A DNA stretch of 63,626 nucleotides, the filler included, from Pseudomonadota bacterium (GTDB taxonomy: Bacteria; Bdellovibrionota_F; JAHFAK01; JBDREC01): the NCBI GenBank assembly GCA_043820105.1. It is 9 parts of 8 records of this genome, joined end to end, with 100 filler letters (N's around TTAATTAATTAA, not from the genome) between each part and the next. Parts side by side here need not be neighbours in the genome. Positions count along the whole stretch, not along the records: positions 1 to 30,187 come from JBDREC010000016.1; positions 30,288 to 33,620 come from JBDREC010000021.1; 7 more parts are not named here. The stretch is one strand, 5' to 3'. Positions 21,821-31,365 of the stretch are shown one piece after another. Position 1 is the first letter of the stretch, and the number at the start of each line of letters is the position of its first letter. Position numbers and translations under genes: made by a program. The notes beneath the pieces are model-generated. The model had not been told where the DNA came from. It ran no database searches and worked only from the letters and a program-made list of their open reading frames with translations.

Positions 21821-23119
21821 TTATTTATTAAAAAGAGCTATAAATATTTCATGTATATTTTTTTCTAAATTATCAGAAATTATCATAACATGCTTATAAT
21901 CATCTCTAACCTTATTCCAGCACGATTTTAAGAATCTCCTCTTTTCTGGGCCATACTCATCTTTTCTTCTAATGATCTCCTTTTCTTCAAGATCAAGAAA
22001 AACTAAAGGCTCAGCTTTAGGATAAAGATATTTTAAAATAATTCTTGATAAATTAGTCCTATTTGCATCTAAATAAAGATCATAAGCATAACGATCGCAT
22101 ATCACAAAATGATTTCTCAAACGCCACGGAAAAATAAAAACAAAATACCTTAAAAACATATCCAATAAATATACAACTTCTCTTAACATTTTATAATGTA
22201 GTGATAGCTTTTTGTCTCGCTTTCCTCTTGATACACCAATCTTTTTTGCTGCAATATCCATGGGTAAAACATGACTTCTGACTCTTCCCATATAGACATA
22301 ATGGTTTTTAATACCCATAGAATTTAGTTTTATTGATAAATTCTTAGCTATAGTTGTTTTTCCAGTGCCATCAAGACCAATTAAAGCAACAACTGGTTTG
22401 AATCCAATATTATCAGCCTTATTTCTTATTTTTTTAAAGGAATAAAATAATAAATTAATAAGTTGAATTGGTTTTTTTAATAATACTTTTATAATATATT
22501 TTCTTCTTGATCTTTCCAAATTGTTAAACTGCCCATGTTTCAAGTGATCTGTCAACGCATGAATATCCTTTTCACTTAACAAGTCAGATAATAATATTTT
22601 AAAATCTTCATAATCGCAATTTATCTTAAAATAATCTGCTATTGCCTGAGAATATTCTGTTTTAAAATAATTCTTCGCCAGTACGGCATGCATAAGCAGA
22701 TGGGCAGAAAGTGCAGCACCACTTAGACATGGAAAACCTTTGATATTTTCCTTATACTTATTCAAAGTAGCAAATGAAAAACACTCAATGTTAAGTTCTC
22801 GTATATACTCCACTTGAAAATCAACAGACAATCGAATATCTTCCATGGACAAATAAACACCGATGTGATTAAAAGTCTTTAGGAAATAAAACCTATGCTT
22901 AATCAAGATATCAAGCAAAAGCTGTTCTTGTGGTTTATTAATTAGAATATCAATTTCAGATGTATCATTATTCTCTGGATCTTGTAAAAAATCAAACCCT
23001 CTCAAAATTATGAAAGATAATTTTTTGCTCAAAAGCAATCTTAAAAATTCATTAACCTGTTTTAATTTTTTTGGGTCCAACTTTACACCATCCATTTTTT
23101 CTTTAATTCTTGCATGCAA
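21821..23119 (-). CDS. Nucleotidyltransferase-like domain fused to thymidylate-kinase-like P-loop domain
   Basis: ILRG..SEIDILI at the N-terminus; GLDGTGKTT and ICDRYAYD. Confidence 0.65.
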   Translation of the reverse strand: MHARIKEKMDGVKLDPKKLKQVNEFLRLLLSKKLSFIILRGFDFLQDPENNDTSEIDILINKPQEQLLLDILIKHRFYFLKTFNHIGVYLSMEDIRLSVDFQVEYIRELNIECFSFATLNKYKENIKGFPCLSGAALSAHLLMHAVLAKNYFKTEYSQAIADYFKINCDYEDFKILLSDLLSEKDIHALTDHLKHGQFNNLERSRRKYIIKVLLKKPIQLINLLFYSFKKIRNKADNIGFKPVVALIGLDGTGKTTIAKNLSIKLNSMGIKNHYVYMGRVRSHVLPMDIAAKKIGVSRGKRDKKLSLHYKMLREVVYLLDMFLRYFVFIFPWRLRNHFVICDRYAYDLYLDANRTNLSRIILKYLYPKAEPLVFLDLEEKEIIRRKDEYGPEKRRFLKSCWNKVRDDYKHVMIISDNLEKNIHEIFIALFNK

Positions 23120-24627
23120 GATTCTTTATCTACCAATATTTTATCCTTTGTTAAATAGTCAATATATATATAAAATATACTAAAATAATTTGAAAGAGGA
23201 ATGTTTAATTTTTTAAATAAGTTTTTACCAAGACAATGTAAATCATAATAAATCCCGTTTTTGTATTCATTAATAAACTTATTAAATTTTACTGTGCTAA
23301 TTGGGATTCTATTATTACTGAACAATAATCCCCTTATTAAAAAATCGAACCAATTAAAAACAGCTGGAGCAAAAAAGACATGTTCAAGGTCTATTAATTT
23401 AATAGACCTGCTATTTTTATCATAAAAAATATTATCTGGAACCATGTCACCATGAACAATATTATTGTTTTGCAAAATATTTGAAATATCAAAACCAAGT
23501 TCTATTGATAAATCAAGCAATATTTTTTTATTTGTAAGACTAACCCCGTTTGATAGAACTTCTTCATCAGTAAAATTTGTAGCTGATAGTTCAATGATTA
23601 GATTTAGCAAAGCTTCACAATCTTCTTTTGAAGTTATATTTAATTTATTCCCATTAACTGGATCTACAACTTCAATTATTCCATTGTCACTAAACATATA
23701 ATGATTAGCAAAATATCTCATTAAATATGATGATTTCTTTTGAATGAGTTCCATTAAGAAAGTTACTTTATTTATCTTATCTTGAGATTGATCATTTAGT
23801 GCAATGGAATATTTTTTGCTAAATTGACCAACTTCGCTAAATTCAAAAATACTAAGACGCCTATTAGAAATATTTGCAGCAAATGCCAGATCATCCTGAG
23901 TAGCGATATATTCTATCAATTCTATTTTTTTTATTATCTCATTATCCTTATTCCCATTTTTAGAAAATACTAAAACCATGCTTTGTAAATTTTTAGCAAA
24001 AAATGTAAGCAATAAAGAAATTCTTAGAAAATACATTAAAAACTTAGCTAAAAAGCTTACTTTTTTAAAAATTATTTTTTCAAAAACAAATCTTGCTGCG
24101 TTTACAATGTTGGATTCGCCACCATGAAGAGCTAATTTACAATTTACGACATTAGGAAAACATCTCCATAAATTTATTTTTCTAAATCCATGTGTTTCAA
24201 AAAGGGTAATTGTTTTTGATATTTTTAAATCAGGCCTAAAGCAATTCCTAAATAAACAGAATAAATAATTGAAAATCCCCTTTCTATCAAATGTAACAAA
24301 TAAGTATCCAGATATTTTTAAAAGTCTATTAATTTCAATTAAAAATTTCTTTTGGCTATCAATATCTTTGTCTAAAAAAGAGTAAAAATTACTTACAAAA
24401 ATATTTGCAAAATAATTATCAGGATAAATATATTGTGATTTTATATGCTCTTCTTTTTTAACGTTTTTAAAATAACTTTTAAATTCTGATGTAAGTAATT
24501 TTCTGATATCGCCTATTAATAATATTTCAGATTTATTTTGTGTTAATTTAAATATCCATAGGATATTTGTTTTTTTAGTAATATTTATTTTGCTATTAAA
24601 TATTTTTCTGGGATTGAAAACACTCAT
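23083..24627 (-). CDS. Degenerate methyltransferase-like N-terminus plus APH/choline-kinase-like phosphotransferase
   Basis: EINRLLKISG; HGDMVPDNI...LIDLE. Confidence 0.6.
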   Translation of the reverse strand: MSVFNPRKIFNSKINITKKTNILWIFKLTQNKSEILLIGDIRKLLTSEFKSYFKNVKKEEHIKSQYIYPDNYFANIFVSNFYSFLDKDIDSQKKFLIEINRLLKISGYLFVTFDRKGIFNYLFCLFRNCFRPDLKISKTITLFETHGFRKINLWRCFPNVVNCKLALHGGESNIVNAARFVFEKIIFKKVSFLAKFLMYFLRISLLLTFFAKNLQSMVLVFSKNGNKDNEIIKKIELIEYIATQDDLAFAANISNRRLSIFEFSEVGQFSKKYSIALNDQSQDKINKVTFLMELIQKKSSYLMRYFANHYMFSDNGIIEVVDPVNGNKLNITSKEDCEALLNLIIELSATNFTDEEVLSNGVSLTNKKILLDLSIELGFDISNILQNNNIVHGDMVPDNIFYDKNSRSIKLIDLEHVFFAPAVFNWFDFLIRGLLFSNNRIPISTVKFNKFINEYKNGIYYDLHCLGKNLFKKLNIPLSNYFSIFYIYIDYLTKDKILVDKESCMQELKKKWMV

Positions 24628-24721
24628 ATTTACTTGCTTTATTCAATAAATTAACTAATTATAGTTAATAAATATAAAATATAAAAGAGAAAAATATTTT
24701 TTTTTTAACAAATAGGATTTT

Positions 24722-25561
24722 ATGAATAAATCAGCTCAAAAAGCATGGTTTCAAGACAAAGATATTTCATTGAAAAAAACAACTGGTTTTTTATTAAAAT
24801 TTCAGATATATAAAACATGGTATTACATTAATAGTTATCTTAAAAAGCATATTCGAATTGATAATATTAATAGCATAGAACTTGGGTGTGGTGAAGGAAA
24901 AATCAGTATTTTATTGGGATTATTAGGGGTAAAAACTAACTTGCTTGATTTTAACAAGGATGTTTTAACAAGAGCTCAAAAAATTCATTCCTTATTTAAT
25001 TTAAACCCCACAACAATAAAGGCTGATATAATTGAACTTGATAAAAACCTTTTAAATAATTTTGATATTTCTGTTTCTTTGGGACTCGCAGAACATTTTG
25101 AAAATGATGAAAGACAAAAAGTAATCAATTCTCATTTTAATGTATTAAAAGAAAATGGGATCTCAATAATATGGGTTCCAAATTCTCTAGCTATTTTTTA
25201 CAGGATTGCTTTTTTCTTAAGAAAAAAACTAGAACTTTGGCCCAAAGAAATAGTTGAAATTCCTTATTCTGCTTTTGAATTAAAAAACAGAATGAGAAAA
25301 GCAGGTTTTAAAAATATTATGATATATTGTGATGGATCATTATTTGAAGATTTCACTTATTGGATTGGTGAAAACTTTAAGAGTTTGATAAAAAAAATAT
25401 TTAATTTACAAAATCCTCCCATCTCTATAAAGGAAAAAGAGTTAAATAATAAACCTAACAACATTTTAATAAAAAATCCCCAAGCTAAATATCCCACCTT
25501 ATTTGGAAAATATTTTTCATACCCATTGGTTGGTATTGGTTATAAAATAACAAAACAATAA
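24722..25561 (+). CDS. Class I SAM-dependent methyltransferase
   Basis: IELGCGEG, FDISVSLGLAEHF, WVPN. Confidence 0.85.
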   Translation: MNKSAQKAWFQDKDISLKKTTGFLLKFQIYKTWYYINSYLKKHIRIDNINSIELGCGEGKISILLGLLGVKTNLLDFNKDVLTRAQKIHSLFNLNPTTIKADIIELDKNLLNNFDISVSLGLAEHFENDERQKVINSHFNVLKENGISIIWVPNSLAIFYRIAFFLRKKLELWPKEIVEIPYSAFELKNRMRKAGFKNIMIYCDGSLFEDFTYWIGENFKSLIKKIFNLQNPPISIKEKELNNKPNNILIKNPQAKYPTLFGKYFSYPLVGIGYKITKQ

Positions 25562-25643
25562 CTTAAATATTAAATACTTTTTTCTTGATGCTTTGATCAA
25601 AATATAGAATATATGCCTAACGTCAAAATCTACGGAGGCTAGT

Positions 25644-27020
25644 TTGAAATCAATAATAGAACCCTTTAAAATCAAAATGGTGGAGCCGATTAAGTTTACA
25701 ACCCGCGAAGAAAGGGAGGAAATCCTTAAAAAAGCGCATTATAATCTATTTGCAGTTAAGGGCGAAGATGTCCTTATTGATCTTTTAACAGATTCTGGAA
25801 CGAGTGCGATGTCAGCTCAACAATGGGCTGATTTAATGAATGGTGACGAATGTTATGCTGGTAGTAAAAGCTTTTTTAGATTCGAAAAGACTGTCAAAAA
25901 AATTACTGGCTTTGAATATATCATTCCAACTCATCAAGGCAGAGCTGCAGAAAGAATCCTATTTTCTACAATATGCAAAAAGGGAAATGTAATTCCATCA
26001 AACACTCACTTTGATACAACTCGAGCAAATATTGAGTTTTCTGGCACAAAAGCCGTAGATTTAGTTATAGATGAAGGCAAGATCCCTTCAAAAATTCATC
26101 CTTTTAAAGGAAACATGAATATCGATAAGCTAAAAAGCTTAATTGAAAAAGAAACTCCTGAAAACATCCCATGTATTATGGTTACAGTTACAAATAACTC
26201 AGGTGGCGGTCAACCAGTTAGCATGGAAAACATAAAGCAGATATCACAAATCGCACACGAATATAATATTCCATTTTTCATTGATGCTTGCAGGTTCGCT
26301 GAGAATTCTTATTTTATAAAACTAAGAGAAGCGGGTTATGAAAACAAATCTGTTTTTGAAATAGCAAAAGAAATGTTTTCCTATGCAGATGGCTGTACCA
26401 TGTCTGCAAAAAAAGATGCTTTTGTGAATATCGGAGGCTTTCTTGCAATAAATGAATCCGTGCTTGCTGAAAAATGTAGAAACCTACTTATTCTTACTGA
26501 AGGCTTTCCAACTTATGGAGGGCTTGCTGGCAGAGACTTGGAGGCAATCGCCACAGGCCTTGAAGAAATCCTTGATGAAGATTACTTAAGATATCGATTT
26601 GCATCCGTTCAATATTTAGCTAATAAGCTTACTGAAAAAAACATAGCAATAATTCAACCAGCAGGTGGCCATGCAATTTATATAGATGCAAAATCCTTTT
26701 TATCACATATACCAAAACACCAATATCCTGGACAGGCACTTGTTAAAGAGCTTTATTTACACGCCGGTATTAGGGCTGTTGAAATTGGTTCAGTTATGTT
26801 TGGAAAACAAGATCCAGAATCTGGCAAAGAAGAATATGCTGAGATGGAACTTGTAAGACTCGCTATTCCAAGAAGAGTATATACTCAAAGTCATATTGAT
26901 TATTTATCAGAAGCTATTATCGAAGTTTTTGAAAAACGCGAACAAATAAAAGGTGTAAATATCACCTATCAAGCTCCATTTTTAAGACATTTCACTGCAC
27001 ATTTTGAAGAAATTGATTAA
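25644..27020 (+). CDS. tnaA: Tryptophanase (beta-eliminating lyase; tyrosine phenol-lyase not excluded)
   Basis: EPFKIKMVE, DLLTDSGT, HQGRAAE, MSAKKD (PLP Lys), RLAIPRRVYT, LRHFTA. Confidence 0.88.
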   Translation: MKSIIEPFKIKMVEPIKFTTREEREEILKKAHYNLFAVKGEDVLIDLLTDSGTSAMSAQQWADLMNGDECYAGSKSFFRFEKTVKKITGFEYIIPTHQGRAAERILFSTICKKGNVIPSNTHFDTTRANIEFSGTKAVDLVIDEGKIPSKIHPFKGNMNIDKLKSLIEKETPENIPCIMVTVTNNSGGGQPVSMENIKQISQIAHEYNIPFFIDACRFAENSYFIKLREAGYENKSVFEIAKEMFSYADGCTMSAKKDAFVNIGGFLAINESVLAEKCRNLLILTEGFPTYGGLAGRDLEAIATGLEEILDEDYLRYRFASVQYLANKLTEKNIAIIQPAGGHAIYIDAKSFLSHIPKHQYPGQALVKELYLHAGIRAVEIGSVMFGKQDPESGKEEYAEMELVRLAIPRRVYTQSHIDYLSEAIIEVFEKREQIKGVNITYQAPFLRHFTAHFEEID

Positions 27021-27130
27021 ATAATTTAAATAAGTTTTAGATATGCTTTTTACTTCAAAAATATTTTTCCTTAATCCCTCTTGGTTTCAACATGCAAATG
27101 ATTTAAATAGTCAGAATGCACTTATATTAA

Positions 27131-27186
27131 ACCTAAACAAGGCGATTTATTTTTTGTAAACAAAAAATAAATCGCCTTGTTTAGGT
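27131..27186. repeat. Perfect 26-bp inverted repeat
   Basis: ACCTAAACAAGGCGATTTATTTTTTG-TAAA-CAAAAAATAAATCGCCTTGTTTAGGT. Confidence 0.9.
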
Positions 27187-27731
27187 AGAAGTATTTATTT
27201 CAATTTGAAGATCATGGAATAAATGGATTGGTATCGTTTTTTTAGAGTTAAGATAGAAGATAAAGAAGAAGAAGGAGAGGAAGAAAAAGAGTCAAGATCT
27301 AAAGAGTTAAGAAGATCAAGACAGGCACATACTTCGGCTATAGACCCAAGTGAGATGTCAAAGAAGCACATTCGGTCTACGGGATTAGGATTAGGATTAG
27401 CATTAAGACTAGGATATAAGCATGAATCCTTCTTGATTCTTGACTCTTCTGATCATGCAAACTTGCCTCTAAACTCTTGATTCTTAATTCTTAATCTTAA
27501 TCCTAATCTAATAGTGTGTTATGTTTATAGAAAAATTATTCTTTGTGGGTACTCAGATTGGAGATGATCCATAAATATTATAAGTCATCTAACCCTAGCA
27601 GTTGAAAGATTATTCAAAGATATTGATCATCCGTTTTTAAAGTTCTATCTATTTTAGAATATTCTTAAATAAGGTAACACTAGAGTACAAGAGCACAAGA
27701 GAACAAGGAAAAAATATCTAAAGTATTTTAT

Positions 27732-28556
27732 TTACCAAGACACTGGATCTAGCTTATAATACTTCTTAAACTCTTCATACAATTCAGGATATTTATTTTT
27801 TAATTGTTTAGGCTTTTCAAAAAAAGTTTCCGTAACTACAGAAAAAAACTCAGCGGGATCAGTGGCTCCATAATCATCAATAACATCATCATTGCCGCTG
27901 TTAATTTTATTTATGAATTTATGATAACTACTTCCTAGTACTTGAGCCCAAAGCTTGTAAGCTGACCTCTTCTCAAGAATAGGTGCTCCATCTGCTTGAC
28001 CATCTTCTTGATCTAGTTGGTGGGCGAATTCATGCATCACTACATTTTGACCATCTTTAATATCATAAACCCCTCTTTTCACATGATCCCAGGCAAGAAC
28101 AACAGTCCCATAGGACCAGGATTCTCCAGTAAGATGTTCTATATCATCAACAAACTGGCCACCAATATTCTTTTTTGTATTTACAAGATATGATGAAGGA
28201 TAAACTAAAATTGATTCTAATCGTGAAAAGAAAGAGGTCTTGCGATTTAATAATAAAATACAAGCAGAGCCTGCAATGGTCAGCCTAATCTCATCATTAA
28301 GCTCAAGCCCCCCACACCCTTCAAAGGATTTTTCACTTAAGAAAACATTGATTTTGCTATGCAAATCCTTTTTCAATTCATCAGGCAAAATGTTATAAAT
28401 TTTCATATTATTTTTTAATATTTCTATATAGGATCCAGGAAATGCAGCTTTTAAAAGCTTTTTCCGCGATAAAAACCTTTTAAAATAATAAAACCAAACA
28501 AAAAGTCCTATTATAAAAAGACATATATAAAAAAGATAAAGAGTATTCATAAACAT
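27732..28556 (-). CDS. Zinc metallopeptidase M90 (MtfA-like)
   Basis: GESW..G.VVLAW, HEFAHQLD, YGATDPAEFFSV. Confidence 0.9.
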   Translation of the reverse strand: MFMNTLYLFYICLFIIGLFVWFYYFKRFLSRKKLLKAAFPGSYIEILKNNMKIYNILPDELKKDLHSKINVFLSEKSFEGCGGLELNDEIRLTIAGSACILLLNRKTSFFSRLESILVYPSSYLVNTKKNIGGQFVDDIEHLTGESWSYGTVVLAWDHVKRGVYDIKDGQNVVMHEFAHQLDQEDGQADGAPILEKRSAYKLWAQVLGSSYHKFINKINSGNDDVIDDYGATDPAEFFSVVTETFFEKPKQLKNKYPELYEEFKKYYKLDPVSW

Positions 28557-28667
28557 ATCAAAATTAGTTATTTGAATAAACTTAATTCAGGCAATTTATT
28601 ATTGCAATTAATTAGTTGAAATCTATTTTTAATTATGCTTAGACACTTCTCATAATTTTTTAAAAAA

Positions 28668-28708
28668 GCCCTCATAGTTTAACGGATAAAACAGTGGATT
28701 CCTAATCC
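28668..28708 (+). pseudogene. 5' half of tRNA-Arg(CCT); probable att junction
   Basis: GCCCTCATAGTTTAACGGATAAAACAGTGGA-TTCCTAA-TCC, then non-tRNA sequence with no T-arm. Confidence 0.75.
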
Positions 28709-28875
28709 TGTTAGTGCTTATTTTTTAGGCGCATACAAGATGCCGATATCATTAAATTTATTTATAATTTCAAAAGCTTCAACCACTTTTCTATTTCCAT
28801 CTATTTCCTGTTATTTCCTGCTGTTTTCAAGTAGTATTTCGATATTTTTTCGTTAAAAATGGATTTGGGTAAATA

Positions 28876-29130
28876 TCATTTCTTAATAAAATAGCCGCCT
28901 GATTTTTTACTTCCCACTCGCTTTATTAATTTCTTATCTGTTAAATTCTTTATTTGACGTTCAATAGTTTTTATTGGTCTATTATCAAGAGAAACAGATG
29001 CCTCTTCTGCTTTTATTCCTGGATTTTTTTTTATTACTTTCAATAATGATTTTAATCCCTCATTTAATCCCTCACTTACACCCTCATTTAATCCGCCATT
29101 TAATTCCTCACTTTTCCCTTTTGATATTAA
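28876..29130 (-). pseudogene. Startless C-terminal wHTH remnant (Fic or AlbA/HATPase-type tail)
   Basis: Open frame GGLNEGVSEGLNEGLKSLL..IKKNPG...TIERQIK.L....IKRVGSKKSGGY*. Confidence 0.6.
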
Positions 29131-29186
29131 GGGAAAGCAGCGTTGACAAAATATTGTTCAAAAAAAAAGATACTATTCCCAATACT

Positions 29187-29654
29187 CTATTTATGAAAAT
29201 AATGCTTAATTCCCCTAAATAGTTTGATAAAATTCTTATTAATAAATTGAAAAATTAGAATTACAAAAAGTACTGCTAACAGTATTCCAGATTTTCTAAG
29301 TGTCAGCATAATTCCTTCCCAATTATCTATTAAACCTTTTGAATTATCTTGTACAAAAAAATAACAAATTACGATAAATGCAATTATAAAAGGCAAAGAA
29401 AATTTACTTAAAAAATGTTTGTCAATTAATTCTGCATTACTGCTAGCATATTGATCTTCATTATTTTCTTTTTCGTAAATATCACTAGAACTCGTTGAAT
29501 CGGATGAAAATGGTGAAGCAGTGTGATCGTCCCAGATTTCATCTGGTTCAATCGTTCTATTTTCAGGCAATAAATTAGTATTGTTACTAATCGATTCATT
29601 ATTTAAACTGTCTATTTTATTAGATTTATATTTTTTCTTTCTGTTTTTAGCCAT
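29187..29654 (-). CDS. Hypothetical protein with two C-terminal TM helices
   Basis: Low-complexity N-terminus and two hydrophobic segments; start overlaps the upstream stop. Confidence 0.55.
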   Translation of the reverse strand: MAKNRKKKYKSNKIDSLNNESISNNTNLLPENRTIEPDEIWDDHTASPFSSDSTSSSDIYEKENNEDQYASSNAELIDKHFLSKFSLPFIIAFIVICYFFVQDNSKGLIDNWEGIMLTLRKSGILLAVLFVILIFQFINKNFIKLFRGIKHYFHK

Positions 29655-30049
29655 TAAGAATCCTTCAAAATGACATCTTTAATTGCTTGGGATTTATCCC
29701 AATTTGAATTAGCAAGATCATCTATCATTGATAATATCTTTTTTTTAGCAAATTCTTTATTAGGATTTTTCCAATAATCAATTTCAATATATAATCCAAC
29801 TTTAAAATATTTATTATCATCCCGTCCTTTAAAATACTGACGAATCTGTTTACTTTGCATTGGTCCACTCATGGTGTTGAAATTTCCATCTTTATCACTA
29901 AAATTTAAATATCCTCCAATATCTAGCAATTCAGCTTTTACGGCTTCAAGTGCATTTTTATTTAAATTTAAATAGTTTGATAAATACTTCTCTTTAATGA
30001 TTGAGAAATCATTATTAAATTCTTCACAATACTTCGATCTAATTCCAAT
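29654..30049 (-). pseudogene. 5'-truncated hypothetical gene
   Basis: Frame stays open upstream of the called TTG up to about 30050, where an IS-like end begins. Confidence 0.5.
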
Positions 30050-30187
30050 TGAACTAACCCGCTTCGCGGGAGTTTTCAGTTAGATCGAAGAAGCGAAAAA
30101 CCACCAATCAAAAACACACATCAAAAAAAACAAAAAGAAGATTCTAAAAATAGTGAAAAAGTAGGATACCTCCGTAGTCTACTAACT
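30050..30187. mobile_element. Possible IS3-family terminus at contig edge
   Basis: TGAACTAACCCGCTTCGCGGGAG resembles IS3-type TGAACC..CCCG..GGAG ends; interrupts an ORF. Confidence 0.4.
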
Positions 30188-30287
30188 NNNNNNNNNNNNN
30201 NNNNNNNNNNNNNNNNNNNNNNNNNNNNNNNTTAATTAATTAANNNNNNNNNNNNNNNNNNNNNNNNNNNNNNNNNNNNNNNNNNNN
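30188..30287. other. Artificial contig linker (also 33621-33720, 37116-37215, 42630-42729, 53130-53229, 56117-56216, 58501-58600, 61109-61208)
   Basis: Identical N44-TTAATTAATTAA-N44 spacers with stops in all six frames. Confidence 0.99.
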
Positions 30288-30506
30288 TTCTTTGTGTTCT
30301 TCGTGTTCTTTGTGGTTAAAAATATTTTTTTCTGGTTTTCATTCTTTCGTGTTTTCGTGATTATATTTTATTTCTCCGTGTCTCAGTGTCTCTGTGGTTA
30401 GTCTTTACTTCAGATGGCTAAAGTGTTACTATTTGGAGAGAAATGCTATTACTTTCAACAGACGAAATGATAGAAAGAAAGTTTTAAGCCATTAAGAAGG
30501 ATCTAT

Positions 30507-31315
30507 ATGAAAACAGACGACGCAATTAAACATAATATCAAGACCCATGATCTTATCTATGATAAGTATGAACAAATACACGGTGATATTTTTAATCCAA
30601 TTGAACAACGAAGGGTTTATAATCTTTTAGAGCAAACGAGGGCATATATCGAAACACCTTCGGTTCGCAAAGAAGCGCTTGATTATGGCTGTGGATCTGG
30701 AAACCTTACAAAACATCTGATTGATCTGGGCTTTTATGTAATATCTGCAGATATCTCGGAAAATTTTCTCGCACTTATTAAAGAAAAATATGGTCATACT
30801 GGAATGTCAGAAACCTTAAAAATCAATGGACAAGACTTGTCCAATATTGAAAATAATCGGTTTGATTTTGTTGCCGCTTATTCTGTATTGCATCATATCC
30901 CTGATTATTTGCAAATAATCAGGGATATGATTCGGGTAATTAAACAAGGGGGCATCATTTATCTTGACCATGAAGCAAATGAATCCTATTGGAATAGAAA
31001 TAAGGAGTATGTTGAATTTCTACAAACTTTACCTAAACCTCAAAAAAAGCTGAGACGATTTTTAATATTATCAAATTATGTTAACAAAATTCGACAAATA
31101 ATAAATCCTCGGTATCAAATAGAGGGAGATATACATACTTGGCCGGATGATCATATAGAATGGAATAAAATTGAGAATTTATTAGTCGCATGTGGATGTA
31201 CGATTGTTTTCAAGAAGACTATTTACTGTATAAAAGAGGTTATCCTGAAAATATTTATCATAAAAGTAAAAATAAATGTAATGATATGAGGGTATTAATC
31301 GCAAGGAAAAAATGA
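30507..31315 (+). CDS. SAM-dependent methyltransferase, probable frameshift near the 3' end
   Basis: LDYGCGSG, YSVLHHIPD; alternative frame ends DYLLY...DMRVLIARKK* at 31315. Confidence 0.75.
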
Positions 31316-31365
31316 CCTTCACCTAACAAAAATTATTAAACCACTAAAGAAATAATAGTTGAATC

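Noticed and set aside
27223-27480. 85-aa ORF
   Set aside because: Translation of low-complexity and repeat DNA in a repeat-rich intergenic region
28974-29222. 82-aa plus-strand ORF with IPHL repeats
   Set aside because: Antisense shadow of the 12-nt GLNE repeats in the wHTH remnant
30033-30090. Imperfect palindrome with CCGCTTCGCGG and GTTAGAT as an integron attC site
   Set aside because: About 50 nt, shorter than typical attC, imperfect core sites, single copy and no integrase; an IS3-like end explains the ORF truncation better
30288-30400. TCTTTGTGT/CTCTGTG-type short repeats at the start of contig B
   Set aside because: Common intergenic simple repeats; no further structure visible
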